From: Camelus ferus
Lineage: Eukaryota
Assembly (NCBI RefSeq): GCF_009834535.1
Contig: NC_045712.1
Location: 25,358,001-25,422,000, forward strand
DNA: 64,000 bases
Direction of reading: 5' to 3'
A model generated the notes under the pieces. That model worked only from the letters and a program-made list of their open reading frames with translations. It did not search any database and was not told the DNA's origin. Positions 1 to 12,899 of the stretch are shown here, piece after piece (positions within the stretch are counted from its first letter, which is position 1; every line of letters starts with the position of its first letter). The translations under genes were made by a program, and so were the position numbers.

Positions 1-405
1 ATCCAGGTAGTGGTGCAGATAAATCCTGGAACTTGGGTGAGAGGTACAACCTGAACTGGGGGAGGAGGCTCTGGCCTGCTTTGTAGTCTCTGTAGGTATG
101 GAGGCTCACACCTAATCTTGTCTCTATCTAGCTCCAGTGGGAGCTGGAACTGTTCACTTTGGGCTCCCTTCTCCTCTTCAGCCTCCCAACCCATGCAGCC
201 TCTGCCCACAAGGAGGCTGGGGTGCAGGCCTCCTCAGGAGATCCTCATAGAGACTATAGGGCAATGCCAGTGCCAATGCCAACTGCCCCTGCTCCTGTCC
301 TCAACTCCACCCTGTGCTGAAGGACCTCCCACCCTCCTTCTGGCCACGCAGGTGGCTAGAAATCATGGCCCCTGAACTTGTCTGGCTCTAAAAAGTACAG
401 TGAGT

Positions 406-411
406 AATAAA
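406..411 (+). terminator. Isolated AATAAA; possible poly(A) signal of a gene upstream of the window (ACTL11-like by recalled synteny)
   Basis: Only the hexamer is seen. No actin-like or other coding sequence was found in 1-405, so the gene assignment is inference from synteny. Confidence 0.2.
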
Positions 412-2429
412 GCTCTGTGTCAGCCCAGTCCCTGGCCTGGAAGAGCTGAGAGGAGGCATTCAGCTGGTGTTGCTACTTCCTGCCTGGAGGGCAGCTGCAG
501 GTTGAAGCCAAAACACTGAAGCCCTACCTGGCCTGTGCCCCTCTGGCTGGGAGCTGAGGGACAAGCCATACCCCTGTCCCAACCCTGGGTTCTTGTTTTT
601 AGGTTGCCCTTGCCACAAAGGGCAAAGACCCGGCTACACCCACACACATCTGAGAGTGAGGGGCTGCCCTAGAAATAGCCTATGATATAGGGTCACCCTA
701 GCGCCTGTCCACCCTTGGGCATGGTCCACCCTTTTCCTATGTCCTGCTGTCACACCCTGAGTCAGCCTCCACAATCCTGAGGCCTGTGTCAGGCAGGAAG
801 GGGACCCATGGCTCTAGGGACTAGCTACAGCGTCCATGTGCCCACGCCAGCAGGCATGCCTGGGTGCACACAGAATGCAAACACACATGCCCCTAGGCAC
901 CACCACACACACTGTGCTCTTGCCATCTCCCATGGCATAAGAGCACACACACACACACAGATGTACTCACACGTGTGCACATACACCCTGCCACGTGCTT
1001 TCACCCACAGGCACATGGAGTGTGCACGGGACCAAGAAGAGGTGGAGCACTGCCAGCAGTAGGCAGGGCTCTCCCGAGCTACCTCTTCCTTGCCTCTAAA
1101 TCCCCCACATTTCAGCTTCTCTCTGGCCCAGCTTCTCTGTGCCTGGATGGTCGTGACCTTCAGGAAAAGCAGAAAATGTGTGTGACGTGTGTGGGGTCAG
1201 CAAGCCATGGTTCAGCTGTACCAGAGAACTCAGAGAACCACTGTTTCAATGACAGTGGGCAGACAGCAGGAAGGACTGAGAGCCAGGCCATTTATTCATT
1301 CTGCAGACACGAACTGAGCATACCGAGATGCCACACAGGCTCTTGTGCCTTTAGCCCTGGGCACAAGGTGTCCAGCTTGCCAGGAGATTCCTACTCACGG
1401 GTGGAGCTGGTGCCGTGATTCAGACCACCCAGAGCCCAGGGAGCCTGGCCTGGAAGAGGTGACCCAAAGCCAGGGAAGGATGTGAAGGACTCCTCCTCAA
1501 CACCCACTTTGGAGATAGATATTGAAGGGGTCTTGTTTGAGCAGTCATCTCCCAGACTAGACTTCTAGCCACAGCCCCAGCCCTAACTTCCTCACTTGGG
1601 TAGTTGCTCCTATCAGCAGCTATGGGGAACTATGCAGGGGAGACTTATTCAACATGGCCAAGGGCTTGGAGATGATCCCACCCAGGATGAGGTCAGAAGG
1701 CTCACTGAGCGGGTTCGTGCGGGCTGGCACCCAACTCCAGGCATAGAGAAGCCTAAGCCTGACCTTCAAAAAGTGGCCTCAAGGCTTGTGAAGGTGGCAG
1801 GGCAAGCATTAGGTCCCTGTGCCTCCCTGACAAGGGACAGAGAAATGGCCTAGGACTTCCTGGCAATTCTCTGCCTCCTCCCATCAGGGGCCAGGTTGGT
1901 GGGGCACCTTGGTGCTATTGTTTTCCTGTATCCCCATATGCCAGCCCAGACCACCAATAGGGATGCCACTAATGCAACGTTCAAGGGGGATTAAACTGGA
2001 AAGAAAGCAGAGTCTACACCATGTCATAGGTAACATTTATAGCTTGGGAAATTCAGTGCCACACAGGAGGGGGCAGACTCAGTCAGCCACCCTGGCTGGG
2101 ACATGGGGAAGGGAAAGGCTTTGACCTTTCAGGAGGGGAGGGTAGTGTAGGGAGGACACTGCCAACCAAGGTGTGGAGCCCTCACTTGTACTCCCCTCCC
2201 CGTGTGTTTATTAGCTGGGCAGGGGGCAGTCTGTAGTGCAGCTTGCCCTAGCGACTGCCCACTTGGTTCTTCTAAGTGGGTTCTGCTCTTTGAGTCAGGT
2301 TTTGGGAGCTGTGAGCGCCGCTTGCTTAGGGACCTGCCAAGACACTCCTGTGCAGCTCCAGGACTCAGACTTTCCCCACACCTTCTACAATGGGCATAGG
2401 AAGGCCCCTCAGGTCCCTGATTCCCCGTC

Positions 2430-3500
2430 AGTCCGAGGGCCTAGGAGAGCCTTTGAGAGCCGGGCCCCGGCCCGGCAGGCTAGTATTCACCGACTCCTGC
2501 TACCCCTCATCAGCCGGCTTTCGAGTGGGATTCCAGCCTCAAGCGCCTCCAGGGTCGGGGCGGAGCCTGTTGAGGGAGGCCCCGCCCCCAGCCCGCCCCC
2601 AACCCGCCCCCGGCCCGGGGTGCGAATCCGATGCAGGCGAGCGGCGGGAGATGCTGGAGGTTCGCAAGCCGAAGTGGCTGCAGCTGGCGCCGCGTCTGCC
2701 CCGCGTGCCCGGAGCGGATTCTGCTCGCCTCCCCCGGAGCCCTCGGAGCCCCTCTGAACCCGCGATCGCTTCCTCTCTGTGACAGACCAGCGCTGCAGGT
2801 GAGGGGTGAGCCAGGAAGAGGGGGCGCCCCCCGAACGCATATTGTGGGGTCTTAGAGGATTGGGTCTTTGGCTCGAGGTTCGGGTAGCCAAGTGCGCGGG
2901 GGTGCTGCGAGGGCTTGGGGTCCCGGCGGGGGCAGAGCACGCGGGCTCTGCAGATCCGGGGTTCGGCGTGCGGGGTTGGGCTAAAGTTCCCCGTCACCTC
3001 GGACGGCTCGGGGGTCCCAGGGGAAACCTGTAAGACTCAAGTCTAGGCCAGTCTCCCCTTCTTGTTCCCCATCCTACCCCCCGTCTCGCTGGGCTCCTAA
3101 TTGTGAAAACATTAACCCTCCAACATTTGTGGTGCCCCTTGGCGGTAGGGGCCGAGGGCTCAGCTGCCCCTCCGGACTCCCAGAGCCGCCTCCAGCCCTT
3201 CCCAACTGCCCCCGGCCCCCTCCCTCCCGCGAAGCAGTCACTAATTTCCATGACAACGGAGAGTTCTTTATGGGCGAAAACCTGAAGGGGGCTGGGCGGG
3301 GCTGCTGCGGGGTGGGGGAGGAGGCTCAAGCCCCTGGGGACCAGCAGCCCCCAAGCCAAGATCCAGCTTCCGAGCCTTAACACGGGGGCCCGCCGGGTGT
3401 CCAGGGCACCCACCCAGAGCTGCGCAGTGGGGGTGGGGGACGCACATGTTTCTGCTGGGAGGTGCGGGGCTTGGTGCTCACACGTGTGCCTTCCGCATGT
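2430..3500 (+). promoter_or_regulatory. CAMKV: CAMKV CpG-island promoter with Sp1/GC boxes
   Basis: High CpG density. Three tandem CCCGCCCC boxes at ~2580-2611 form a G-quadruplex-capable tract on the minus strand. No TATA box seen. Confidence 0.85.
2637..2798 (+). other. CAMKV: CAMKV non-coding exon 1 (5' UTR; start approximate)
   Basis: Donor GCTGCAG|GTGAGG at 2798/2799, directly downstream of the GC boxes. Splices to the acceptor CCCCCAG| at 9833/9834. Confidence 0.75.
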
Positions 3501-6500
3501 GTGTTGCTGTGCCAGCGGGGGCGAGTCAGCAGCACTGGGGAAGGGGGTCAGGGTGGCAGCACGATGGGGAGCAGGGCCCCTGGCTGGCTGGGTGAACAAT
3601 GAGCGACTGAGTTTCTGCCTTCCCCAGCCTGTGGTGTCTGGCAGAGACCCTAGGCTCTCCCAGTCCCCCATAGCTCTACCAAACTGCTTTTGTCCTCACC
3701 CCCTAGGCAGAGCTTGCTCCACCAGGTTCCCTCGTAGGGAGCTGGGCTCTCTGTCCCTCACCAAAACCTCAGTCTGCAGCAGTCCAGCCCTTGTTCTGAC
3801 CCTCCTCCAAGGCCCAGGCTTTAAGCCCCCCAAGGACCGCCTGTGGTGACCTGGTGCCCTCACCCACAATTGAGTCCTATCAGCTTTGGGCACCTGCTGG
3901 GCCCCAGTTTCCTCAAGTAGGGAATTGATGTCTCCACTCCCCTCAGTGTCAGGCTGGCCCTGGGGTGGAGCAGAGGCTCCTTTCCCTTTTACAGCATTTG
4001 ATGTGGGCCCTCAGGTGCCATAGGCTGCCTTTCCTGTATCAGCTACTGGCCCTTCTCGGCAGCCCTTGTGCTGGCCACCACTCACTAGCAGGTGGGCAGT
4101 CCTTGCCCTGGGAGAAGGCCACAGAGTCAGTGATCTCCATCCAGGGAAACTGAGGCCGAGTGGGAGGGGGAATGCTGTGTAGTTGTTATCCTATTTCTAG
4201 GTTGCTCAGGGTGCTGTTTCTGGCCCTCAGACAGAATCCATTGTTGGGGAGGGGGATGGCGGTGACAGGGAATTAGGCTGAGCTGCAAGAGAGGCCCTGG
4301 GGACCCAAGGCCTCTAGAGGACAGTGGATCGGGTTGGGGGTGGCTGGGGAGTCTAGGCATAGCTGGGTCAGCTGAGAGGAGGCGCTGTAAAGTGAAACAG
4401 CCAGGTCTCCAAGCTTCATTTCCATCCCCCATGCCTGTGCCTTCAACATGGTGGACCTGCCTTACCTAAGCTGCCGTGATGACAGGGAGAGGGGCTGAGG
4501 AACTGTTCCAACTGAGGGGACTGCAACAGCTGGCCTCTTCCACAGGGCTACTGCTGTCCCACACCACGTTCAGTGCATGTCTAGGGGGATACAGGAGGGT
4601 TCCTTCTCAAAGGTCCAGGCACCAGGGGCAGCTCCTGGCCCAGGTGTTCAGAGCACATGGTCATGGAGGCCTTAGGGCCCTGCTGGGCACCCATGGGCCC
4701 CTTCAACCCCCCTGCCCCCCTTCCCTCCTGTGTCCTTGTGCCTGTGTCCTTTTTACTCTGTCGCCTCTTTGCTCCCCTTCCATTGCAGGTTCTGCCTTTG
4801 TCTCTCTGTGTCCCTGCCCCCTCTCTCTTTTCTAAAGTCTCGCAACTCCCCACTGCCCCTTTCTTCACAGGGACCAGGGTCACAGAACCCATGGGGAAGG
4901 AATCAGGCCAAAGTCTCAGGGAATTCTTGGAGAAAGGGTTTAAACAACATCTCTCCCCTCCCCTCCCCTTTTTAAAAACTTCCATCACCATAGCAACCCT
5001 TTACTCTGGGGCCTTCCCTGCATTCCCCCTCCTCCACCCACAGGGAAGCAGGGCCCCTAGTGGATTTTCCTTCAGGGGCTCAAAGATTGGAACTCCAGGT
5101 GCCTGGAAGGGGCCAATTGGCTCTTGGCTCTGCCTGCATATTGAAGGCTGAACTTTCTGGAGGTAGCACTGGATTGTGTGCCACCCCTGAGACTAGAGAG
5201 CACCCCGCCCCCACATCCTCCCTCATTAGACAGGAGAGAGTCAGTAGAAACTATGGACCATGGTTTAGCTAGAGCCTGAGGCCCAGCCAGGGCAACACCC
5301 TGCCCAGTTACCTAAAGCAATTGGATAGTGGGCAGGAAGCTGGACTCTGTCTTGTTACACTAAACACTAAGAGTGAAGTCTCTGATTCTGCCTGTCCTGT
5401 TGCTGAAGACTTGGCTGTCGCCTGCGCAGGGCTTGGGCCTAGGCACGTCTATTACAGCAGGAAGCCCAGGCCCGGTCCCTGAGAGGAGAGCAGGGAAGGG
5501 GAGCGGGTGCTTGCAGACTGGTGTTCACAGCTACCACTAAATCAGGAGGTGTTGCCCACAGTTAGTTGTTGGGAGGCAACCAGAGGCCTCCTGGGCCTCT
5601 CCGGGCCTTTCTAGATTTGCTGCAAGGCCTGGAGCCCCACATGGAGAGGACCAGGGTGGCAGGAAACTCCTGATTATGGCTACGAAAGCTATGGCCTGAA
5701 CCAGGCTGAACCCAGTGCAGGAGGGGCTAGGACTCTAATGTGGGACCCTTCAGCCTCTGGAGCTGGCCTCTGTCCCATTCCAGCTCCCCCTGGGCCCTGC
5801 TTGCCTTAGGCTGCAGTAGGGCCCCTAGGGGACCATTTATTACCAAGGCACCAACAGGCAGAGGCTCCCTCAGCATTGTCTGAGGGGTCAGACCTGAGGA
5901 GCAGGCAGTGGCTAGGGAATGCTTGGCCCTCAGACTCCCTTAGAGGCTCCCCCAGGCTCTGCACTTCCCCCAAGCTCCCTTTGGACAGCCCCCTGTACAC
6001 AACATTCAACTTCTCAGTTTCTCTGCAGAGGATGGAAGGAACCATGTCTCAAGGGAAACAGTGCTATGGGGCTTCTGTGCCCTCCCATGTCCCAGCGTGG
6101 GACTGAGGCCTAGCCCGGGTCCTGTGTCACGGGAGGAGAGCGCTCTACTATTGGATGTGGAATCTGGGCTGTTCAGGCCATGGGGGTGAGAAATGCAAAC
6201 CCCCTTTCTGTCTGGCCTTCTGCTGTTCTTAAAGCTGTCCCTCGGCTGTTACTCCCAACTTTGGGGCCAGGGACCCCCTTGTTGCAAGCAGGTGTCAGGG
6301 GCTTGGTACGTACACCACACTGGAAGCCTCCCAGGCAGCAGCAGTGGGTAGCAGATGGTAAAGTGGGTGGGGGTGGAGGAGACCAAGACGCTAATCAGAA
6401 GCAGCCCCCCTTTCTCCTCTCTTTGCCCTGGGGCCAGGTTGGAGGTGGAGGCAAAAGTGAGTGCAGTGATGCTGGTGAGGAGAAGCAGTCACTGGCTGAG

Positions 6501-8419
6501 ATCAGTGCAGCCATGGTAGGGGGAAGGCAGATCCACTCCACCCCCTGCCATAAGGTTTTAGGGTCTAGCTCCAGGCTGATGTGACAGAGCAGAGGCCCAG
6601 ATTTCTGTCGGGGAGACAAACCCCCAAGACCAGCCCTGGGTCCCTGTGGGCATGAGTGCATATGCACGGCCGAAAGCTGGGCCAAGATCAGGGACAGGCT
6701 TATACAAAACCTCCCACGCCACGTGGCTGAGCAGGGAGCTGTTGGCGTGGGGTAGGGGGAAGTGGAGGTTGTGGAAGTTATCTCAGGGAAGGGCCATTTT
6801 GATTCAAGAGCTTCAGGATTGTTGTAGACAATCTGTGGCACAAACAACCTTATTATGTCAGATAGCACAACGAAAGAAGAGATTTAGCCCTGGTCTCAGC
6901 ACCTAGCCTGTGTGGAGGTTGCTTCACAGGGAGGCCCAAGTGGGCAGTGCCTTGCCAGTGCCCATACTTCCTGCCGTTGAGTGGACACAGTTGAGCTGGC
7001 GAGTTACCTGTTGTTGATTGTTTAGGTAGTTGCTGATTTTTTTATGTTATAAATAACTGTACCATGACAAATAGGATACTGATGGGAGGCTTTGGGGGAA
7101 GGGCATTCCTGCCAGAGGCAGTGGTGTAATCAGAATAACAGAGCTGGGACACAGGCCCCTCCCGGTCCTCCTGGAGGACCTGTGGGCTAAGGTACCACTC
7201 TCTTGCCCAGTATACAGCCCTTGGATCGCAGCCTGGGAAGAGAATCACTGCACATAAGAGCCATTGAGGAGACTGATGCCAGCCCCCTCCCCTGGATTGT
7301 TAGGGCATAGAGATGGGTGGCCAGCAGTGGTGGGTGGCCGTGCCTCTGTTCTCAGCTGTGAGAGTGGGATTCTAACCACATGCTACTCCCTGGCAGATGC
7401 AGGAGCAGGGCTGTGACCATGGCGGCAAAGATACGCAGCCGGGGATGATCTTCAAAGCTTCTCTTGTTTGCCTCCGCAGTGCCTCACAAGATGGCTTAAG
7501 CCCTGGCTTGAATCACACTGATGAAATGCATTTGTGTTCCCTGAGCCCAAAGAACCTGGATCAGGGAATGATGGAATTTATTCCCTAATGCGGAGGGCAA
7601 ATTTGAGGGAGAAATTTCAGGACTGTGACCCCTGGGAAGTGGTCACTTCCCACTGGGAGGAAGCAAGCAGCAGCCAGGGCTGGCCAGGGGGTTGTGTGGG
7701 TCCTGGCCTTTGATCATGGCTGGCAGAGTCCCTCTGACCAAGCTGCTTCCTCTGGTGGTGGCTTCCTCTCTCCCCAACTACCTTGTGGCTGTGAGTCACT
7801 CCAGGTAGGGGGACATCTGGGTAGCCAAAGCCCTAGCCCAAGCCCTTTGCAAAGCAGGTGCTAATCAGGATGGATGGAGACTGCACAGTCAGCAGAGGCA
7901 GAGCAGTTTGAATGCAGCCTCAGTGTGAAGCTTGTTGCCACCCCACTGTCACACTGACCAGCTATTATGGAGGCAGACTCTAGGTCAGGTCTGCAAAGGT
8001 CCAGACACTGTCACCAACTCCCCTTCTGAAGTTTACTTCTGAGCAAGGGCTGTGAGTGCCTTTTCCTTTGGGTGCTGGAGCCAGTCCATTCAGCACCGCA
8101 GATGAGGATTGGGCTGGTAGGGTTGTAGACCCGTGGGGCGCCATGCTCCGGGTGCCAGAGTGCCTGGAACCTACTGCAGTCAGCTGGGTGTGGTCACTTT
8201 TCTACCTGGGACACCCACCCCTGGCCTGGGCCTTTCCCCTGGACCTCACTGCCCAGGTTTCCTATGGACCCTGGCAGTCAGGCACTAGGCAGGCTTGTCT
8301 TGCTTTTCCGGACCATTACCCCTGCACACCTGCTGGCAAATCCTTTCCCTCTAAGGCCCAGCCCTAATGCTGCTTCTTCCCTAAAGCCTTTCCTCACTTC
8401 TCTCCCCAGATAGGGGTTC

Positions 8420-9480
8420 TCCCTCTGAGAGATCCCCCAAACACTGTGCCTGAATGTGATATTTATCAGATCAAAGTAATCACAGTGAAAATCCAACAAA
8501 ATTAAAAAGTGATAGATATAAATCTGCTTCTCTGACATCCAATTCTTTACCCCAAAGAGAACGTTTATTTTCTTAGGTGTCTTTCCAGAAAAGAGTTGGT
8601 GAGTAAACACTAGTATATAAATTAAAAAAAATTTACCCAAATGCAGCACACTTTACCCACCATTCTGTTCCCTGCTTTTTCATTTATTACATATCTCAGA
8701 GACTGTCCTACAGAAGCACATTTAGATCTATTTAATTCTTTTTAGTAGCTACCAAGTATTCTTCAGTATGGATGGCCATAATTTTACAAATATTTTTAAA
8801 TTATGAAATATGACCAAAATCTAGGAATGTGCCTAAAACTTGTAAGCAGGTTTTAACAAATTGTAAAGGGAACCCCTTTGAACCCACCACTCGGGTTCAG
8901 AAACAGGTCCTGCAGAATTCCCACATGTGACCTGACTCAATCACAACCTCTCTCTTGCTCTTGGACTCATGGTATTTATTTCCTAGTGTTTCTTTATATA
9001 TAGTTTTACCAGTATGTCTGCAACATTAGACAGTATAGGTTAGTTGTGCCTGTTTTGAACTCTGTTTTGGTAGAGTCACGCTCTTTGTATTTTTTTTTTT
9101 TTCACTCCACAGCATTGATGAGATTGACCATGTGGTTGGCTACAGATATAGCTCCTCATTTCCATTGTTGTATAATATTTCATTGTGTGACTCTACCACA
9201 GTACATCCTGCTGTTGATAGATATTTGGTCTGTTTCCAGTTTGGGGTAATTGCTGCCATGAGCATCCTTGTATGAAATGTCCTGCTGCGCAAATGGACAT
9301 GTTTCTGTAGGGCATCTATATAGCAGTGTGATTGCTGGTTCATAGGGTATGTTTGACTTCAGACTTCAGTAGTTTTACCAAATTGTTTTGCAGAGGGGAG
9401 ACTTGTCCTCCACCAGCAGTGCTCATGTTCTCCACATCTTTGCCAACATTTGGCATCATCAGACTTTCAGAGATGACTCT
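8420..9480 (-). mobile_element. Old LINE-1 (L1M-type) fragments in CAMKV intron 1
   Basis: AT-rich, degraded antisense L1 3'-region motifs (e.g. tttccagtttggggtaattgctg, tatatagcagtgtgattgctggttcatagggta). Boundaries approximate. Confidence 0.7.
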
Positions 9481-9847
9481 CTGATGGGTCAGTAGTTAGA
9501 GTCCCCTTCATCTGGGAAACAACTGAAATTTAAACAGATCATTTGATAAATCTTCTTTTGATTACATATAATGCAAAATGATTCCCTGATATGTCAGTTT
9601 AATACATTTTTCATAAGCAGGGTCTGTCACAGTTGAGCAGCCAAACTGAGTGGCTGGAGGTGTGGCCAGAAAAGCAGGGCTAGGATCCGAGCCTGACCAC
9701 CCTCCAGCCCTTCCTGGTGCAGACTCTGCCCCTGGCCTGGTCTGAATCAGACTGGGGTCTCCCAAAGGCAACCTCTGTGTGCAAGGAGAAGTGGGGAGTA
9801 GTACAGCTGAGCCAGACCCCAACCTGCCCCCAGCTCAGAGCCTGGCA

Positions 9848-12800
9848 ATGCCGTTTGGGTGTGTGACTCTCGGCGACAAGAAGAACTATAACCAGCCGTC
9901 GGAGGTGACCGACAGATATGACTTGGGACAGGTCATCAAGACGTGAGTGCCGGGTCTGTTGGGCAAGGGTGGGCAGGCAAGGGCTGCGGAAAGGGGCACA
10001 GAATATAGCCCGTGCTGAGTGGAGTGCCTGCTGGCTGCAGTGAGGAGTTCTGTGAGATCTTCCGGGCCAAGGACAAGACGACAGGCAAGCTACACACCTG
10101 CAAGAAATTCCAGAAGCGGGACGGCCGCAAGGTGCGGAAGGCAGCCAAGAACGAGATAGGCATCCTCAAGATGTGAGTGTGAGGCCTGGGGGTGGGGTGA
10201 GGTAGGGTAGGGGAGGCAGCAGGTAAGGGCTTCAAGGGCTGGTAGCTTCAAGCAGTACCAGCCTCTGGCTAGTTAGTCTGCTGTGGTCCACAGTGGCAAC
10301 CAGAGCCTCTCTTAGGAGTTTACCCAGCCCTAACTATTGGCTCTCCTCTCTGCTGCTAGGGTGAAGCATCCCAACATCTTGCAACTGGTGGATGTGTTTG
10401 TGACCCGCAAGGAGTACTTTATCTTCTTGGAGCTGTGAGTGTGGGTCTGGGTTTCCGGGATTACTCAGTCCCCAGGGTCTTTACCTGCTCTGCCCTCTGC
10501 AGCCGGGGAAAGCCCCTCCTTCTGGATCCTTGGGGTCTCAGGTCTCTGTGCCTTGCCCAGCCAGCTGCCTGGTGTAGGCAGCCTACCCACATGCTCCTGC
10601 CCTACCCCCAATTCTGCCCACGCCGGGCTCAGGGGCTGGTGTCCTTCAGGGCCACGGGGAGGGAGGTGTTTGACTGGATCCTGGACCAGGGCTACTACTC
10701 GGAGCGAGACACAAGCAACGTGGTGCGGCAGGTCCTGGAGGCAGTGGCCTACCTGCACTCACTCAAGATCGTGCACAGGAACCTCAAGGTGAGGATAGTA
10801 GCCAGGTCAAAGGGTCAGGAGGCAGCCGGCCTGGGGCTGGGATGGGCTGCACCTTGGGGCCTTGGTCCAGCCTCTGAGATTTCCATGGTGTCTTCCTCTG
10901 CCCACCCATATGCCATTCCTGGCCTGAGCAGCTGGAGAACCTGGTTTACTACAATCGGCTGAAGAACTCAAAGATCGTCATCAGCGACTTTCACCTGGCT
11001 AAGCTAGAGAATGGCCTGATCAAGGAGCCCTGTGGGACCCCCGAGTACCTGGGCAAGCAGGGGGTGGGGCAGGGCAGGGTGGGAGACAGCCTTTAAGGAG
11101 TGGCTCTGGGTAGGGGGGAAGGAAGTCCCCATCCCAGGAAATGGATGTGAGTGGTACAAGGCCTGGCCAGGCCTGATATTGACCAGCAGGTGGACACTGT
11201 TTGCAGCCCCGGAGGTGGTAGGCCGGCAGCGATATGGACGCCCTGTGGACTGCTGGGCCATTGGAGTCATCATGTACATCCTGTAAGTGGATGAGCCGGC
11301 AAACAAGCTTGCAGCCAGATGGGGTGGGGGGTCTGTGTCCATGGCCTTCCAGTGACCCTGCCCTTGGCCCTCCATGAAGGCTTTCAGGGAACCCACCTTT
11401 CTACGAGGAGGTGGAGGAAGATGACTATGAGAACCATGATAAGAATCTCTTCCGCAAGATCCTGGCTGGCGACTATGAGTTTGACTCTCCATACTGGGAT
11501 GACATTTCTCAGGCTGGTGAGGAGACCTGCTCTCAGCCTTCTCTGATGGACTCTGATCCTAACCCCCAGCCCACTCATCCCCTCTAGACAGTGAGATGGG
11601 GTGCCCATGTCTAGCTCTCTCTGGTTTTCTCCCCAGCCAAAGACCTGGTCACAAGGCTGATGGAGGTGGAGCAAGACCAGCGGATCACTGCGGAAGAAGC
11701 CATCTCCCATGAGTGGTGAGCAGGGCCCGGGAAGGATGGGAGGAGAGGCCAGGGTTCCCTTGGCCTCTGTCCTCCTCACACTTAGCAGCCTCCATACTTG
11801 AGGCCTCGAGTTGGGGTTGGAAGGGCACCCAGAGCTCAGGCCAGCCCAGAGGGTCTGCCTGGTAATCCCTTGATCTTACAAGGGAAGGGCTGGGTACAAT
11901 CTCCATGAAGGCCATACTCCTTCAGATCCAGACGCACTTGCACTCTTTCCAGGATTTCTGGCAATGCTGCTTCTGATAAAAACATCAAGGACGGTGTCTG
12001 TGCCCAGATTGAAAAGAACTTTGCCAGGGCTAAGTGGAAGGTAAGGCTTGGATGCCTCCCTTTTCTGGCTTGATCTCAAGAGCTCTTTCTGGCGCCATAG
12101 TTTTCTTGCCTGCATCACATCCCTGTAGCCACACACAGGCTTTTCTTCAAACATCAGGTGTAGCTGGAGCCACTGTTACTACTTGAAGCAGGTGTGCTGA
12201 GCAGCTGGGTTCCTGGCCCTGGGGTGGTCAGAGGCAGCCGGGGCACTATGGAATGGTCTGGGTTTGGCCTCTGGGGAAGGAATGGATACAGCTTCCATAA
12301 GCTTCACTCTGAGCCTCTATCCACTGTCCTTTCAGAAGGCTGTCCGAGTGACCACCCTCATGAAACGGCTCAGGGCACCGGAGCAGTCCAGCACAGCTGC
12401 AGCCCAGTCTGCCCCAGCCACAGACACTGCCACTCCTGGGGCTGCAGGTGGGGCCACTGCTGCAAGTGGAGCTGCCCCAGCTCTTGGGGGCAGTGCCACC
12501 CCAGCCACAGTGGGTGATGCTGCAAAGAGNNNNNNNNNNNNNNNNNNNNNNNNNNNNNNNNNNNNNNNNNNNNNNNNNNNNNNNNNNNNNNNNNNNNNNN
12601 NNNNNNNNNNNNNNNNNNNNNNNNNNNNNNNNNNNNNNNNNNNNNNNNNNNNNNNNNNNNNNNNNNNNNNNNNNNNNNNNNNNNNAGCTACTGATGGGAG
12701 AGCCACACCAGCCATGGAAGAGAGCACCACCCAAAGCAGTGCCACACCGGCCACCAAAGCTGCTGCCACCCCTGGGCCGGCTTTAGCCCAGCCGGACAGC

Positions 12801-12899
12801 ACAGCCCCAGGGGGCGCAACAGGCCAGGCTCCACCCTCTAGTAAAGGGGAAGAGGCTGCTGGCTCTGCCCAGGAGTCTCGGAGGGAGGAGGCCAGCTGA
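9848..12899 (+). CDS. CAMKV: CaM kinase-like vesicle-associated pseudokinase
   Basis: Coding exons: 9848-9942, 10041-10172, 10360-10434, 10650-10788, 10932-11052, 11207-11282, 11380-11516, 11637-11715, 11953-12040, 12336-12899. Translates MPFGCVTLGDKKNYNQPSEVTDRYDLGQVIKTEEFCEIF...SRREEAS*. Pseudokinase signs: HRNLK instead of HRDLK, DFH instead of DFG, no GxGxxG loop. All phases consistent; the last exon has an N-run at 12530-12685. Confidence 0.98.

Noticed and set aside
1-420. C-terminal coding end of an actin-like gene (ACTL11) expected from synteny
   Set aside because: None of the three plus-strand frames gives actin-like sequence; only an AATAAA is present.
800-1062. His/Thr-rich ORFs (84 aa and 63 aa), and similar Cys/Val-rich ORFs at 55309-55761
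   Set aside because: They are translations of CA/GT-rich low-complexity DNA.
2236-3671. Several long overlapping ORFs (130-225 aa), likewise at 59114-60024
   Set aside because: Stop-poor GC-rich CpG islands with no recognisable protein, apart from the embedded INKA1 exon 1 and the CAMKV uORF.
8089-8109. REST/NRSE site in CAMKV intron 1 (TTCAGCACC)
   Set aside because: Only the left half matches; the GGACAG half is missing.
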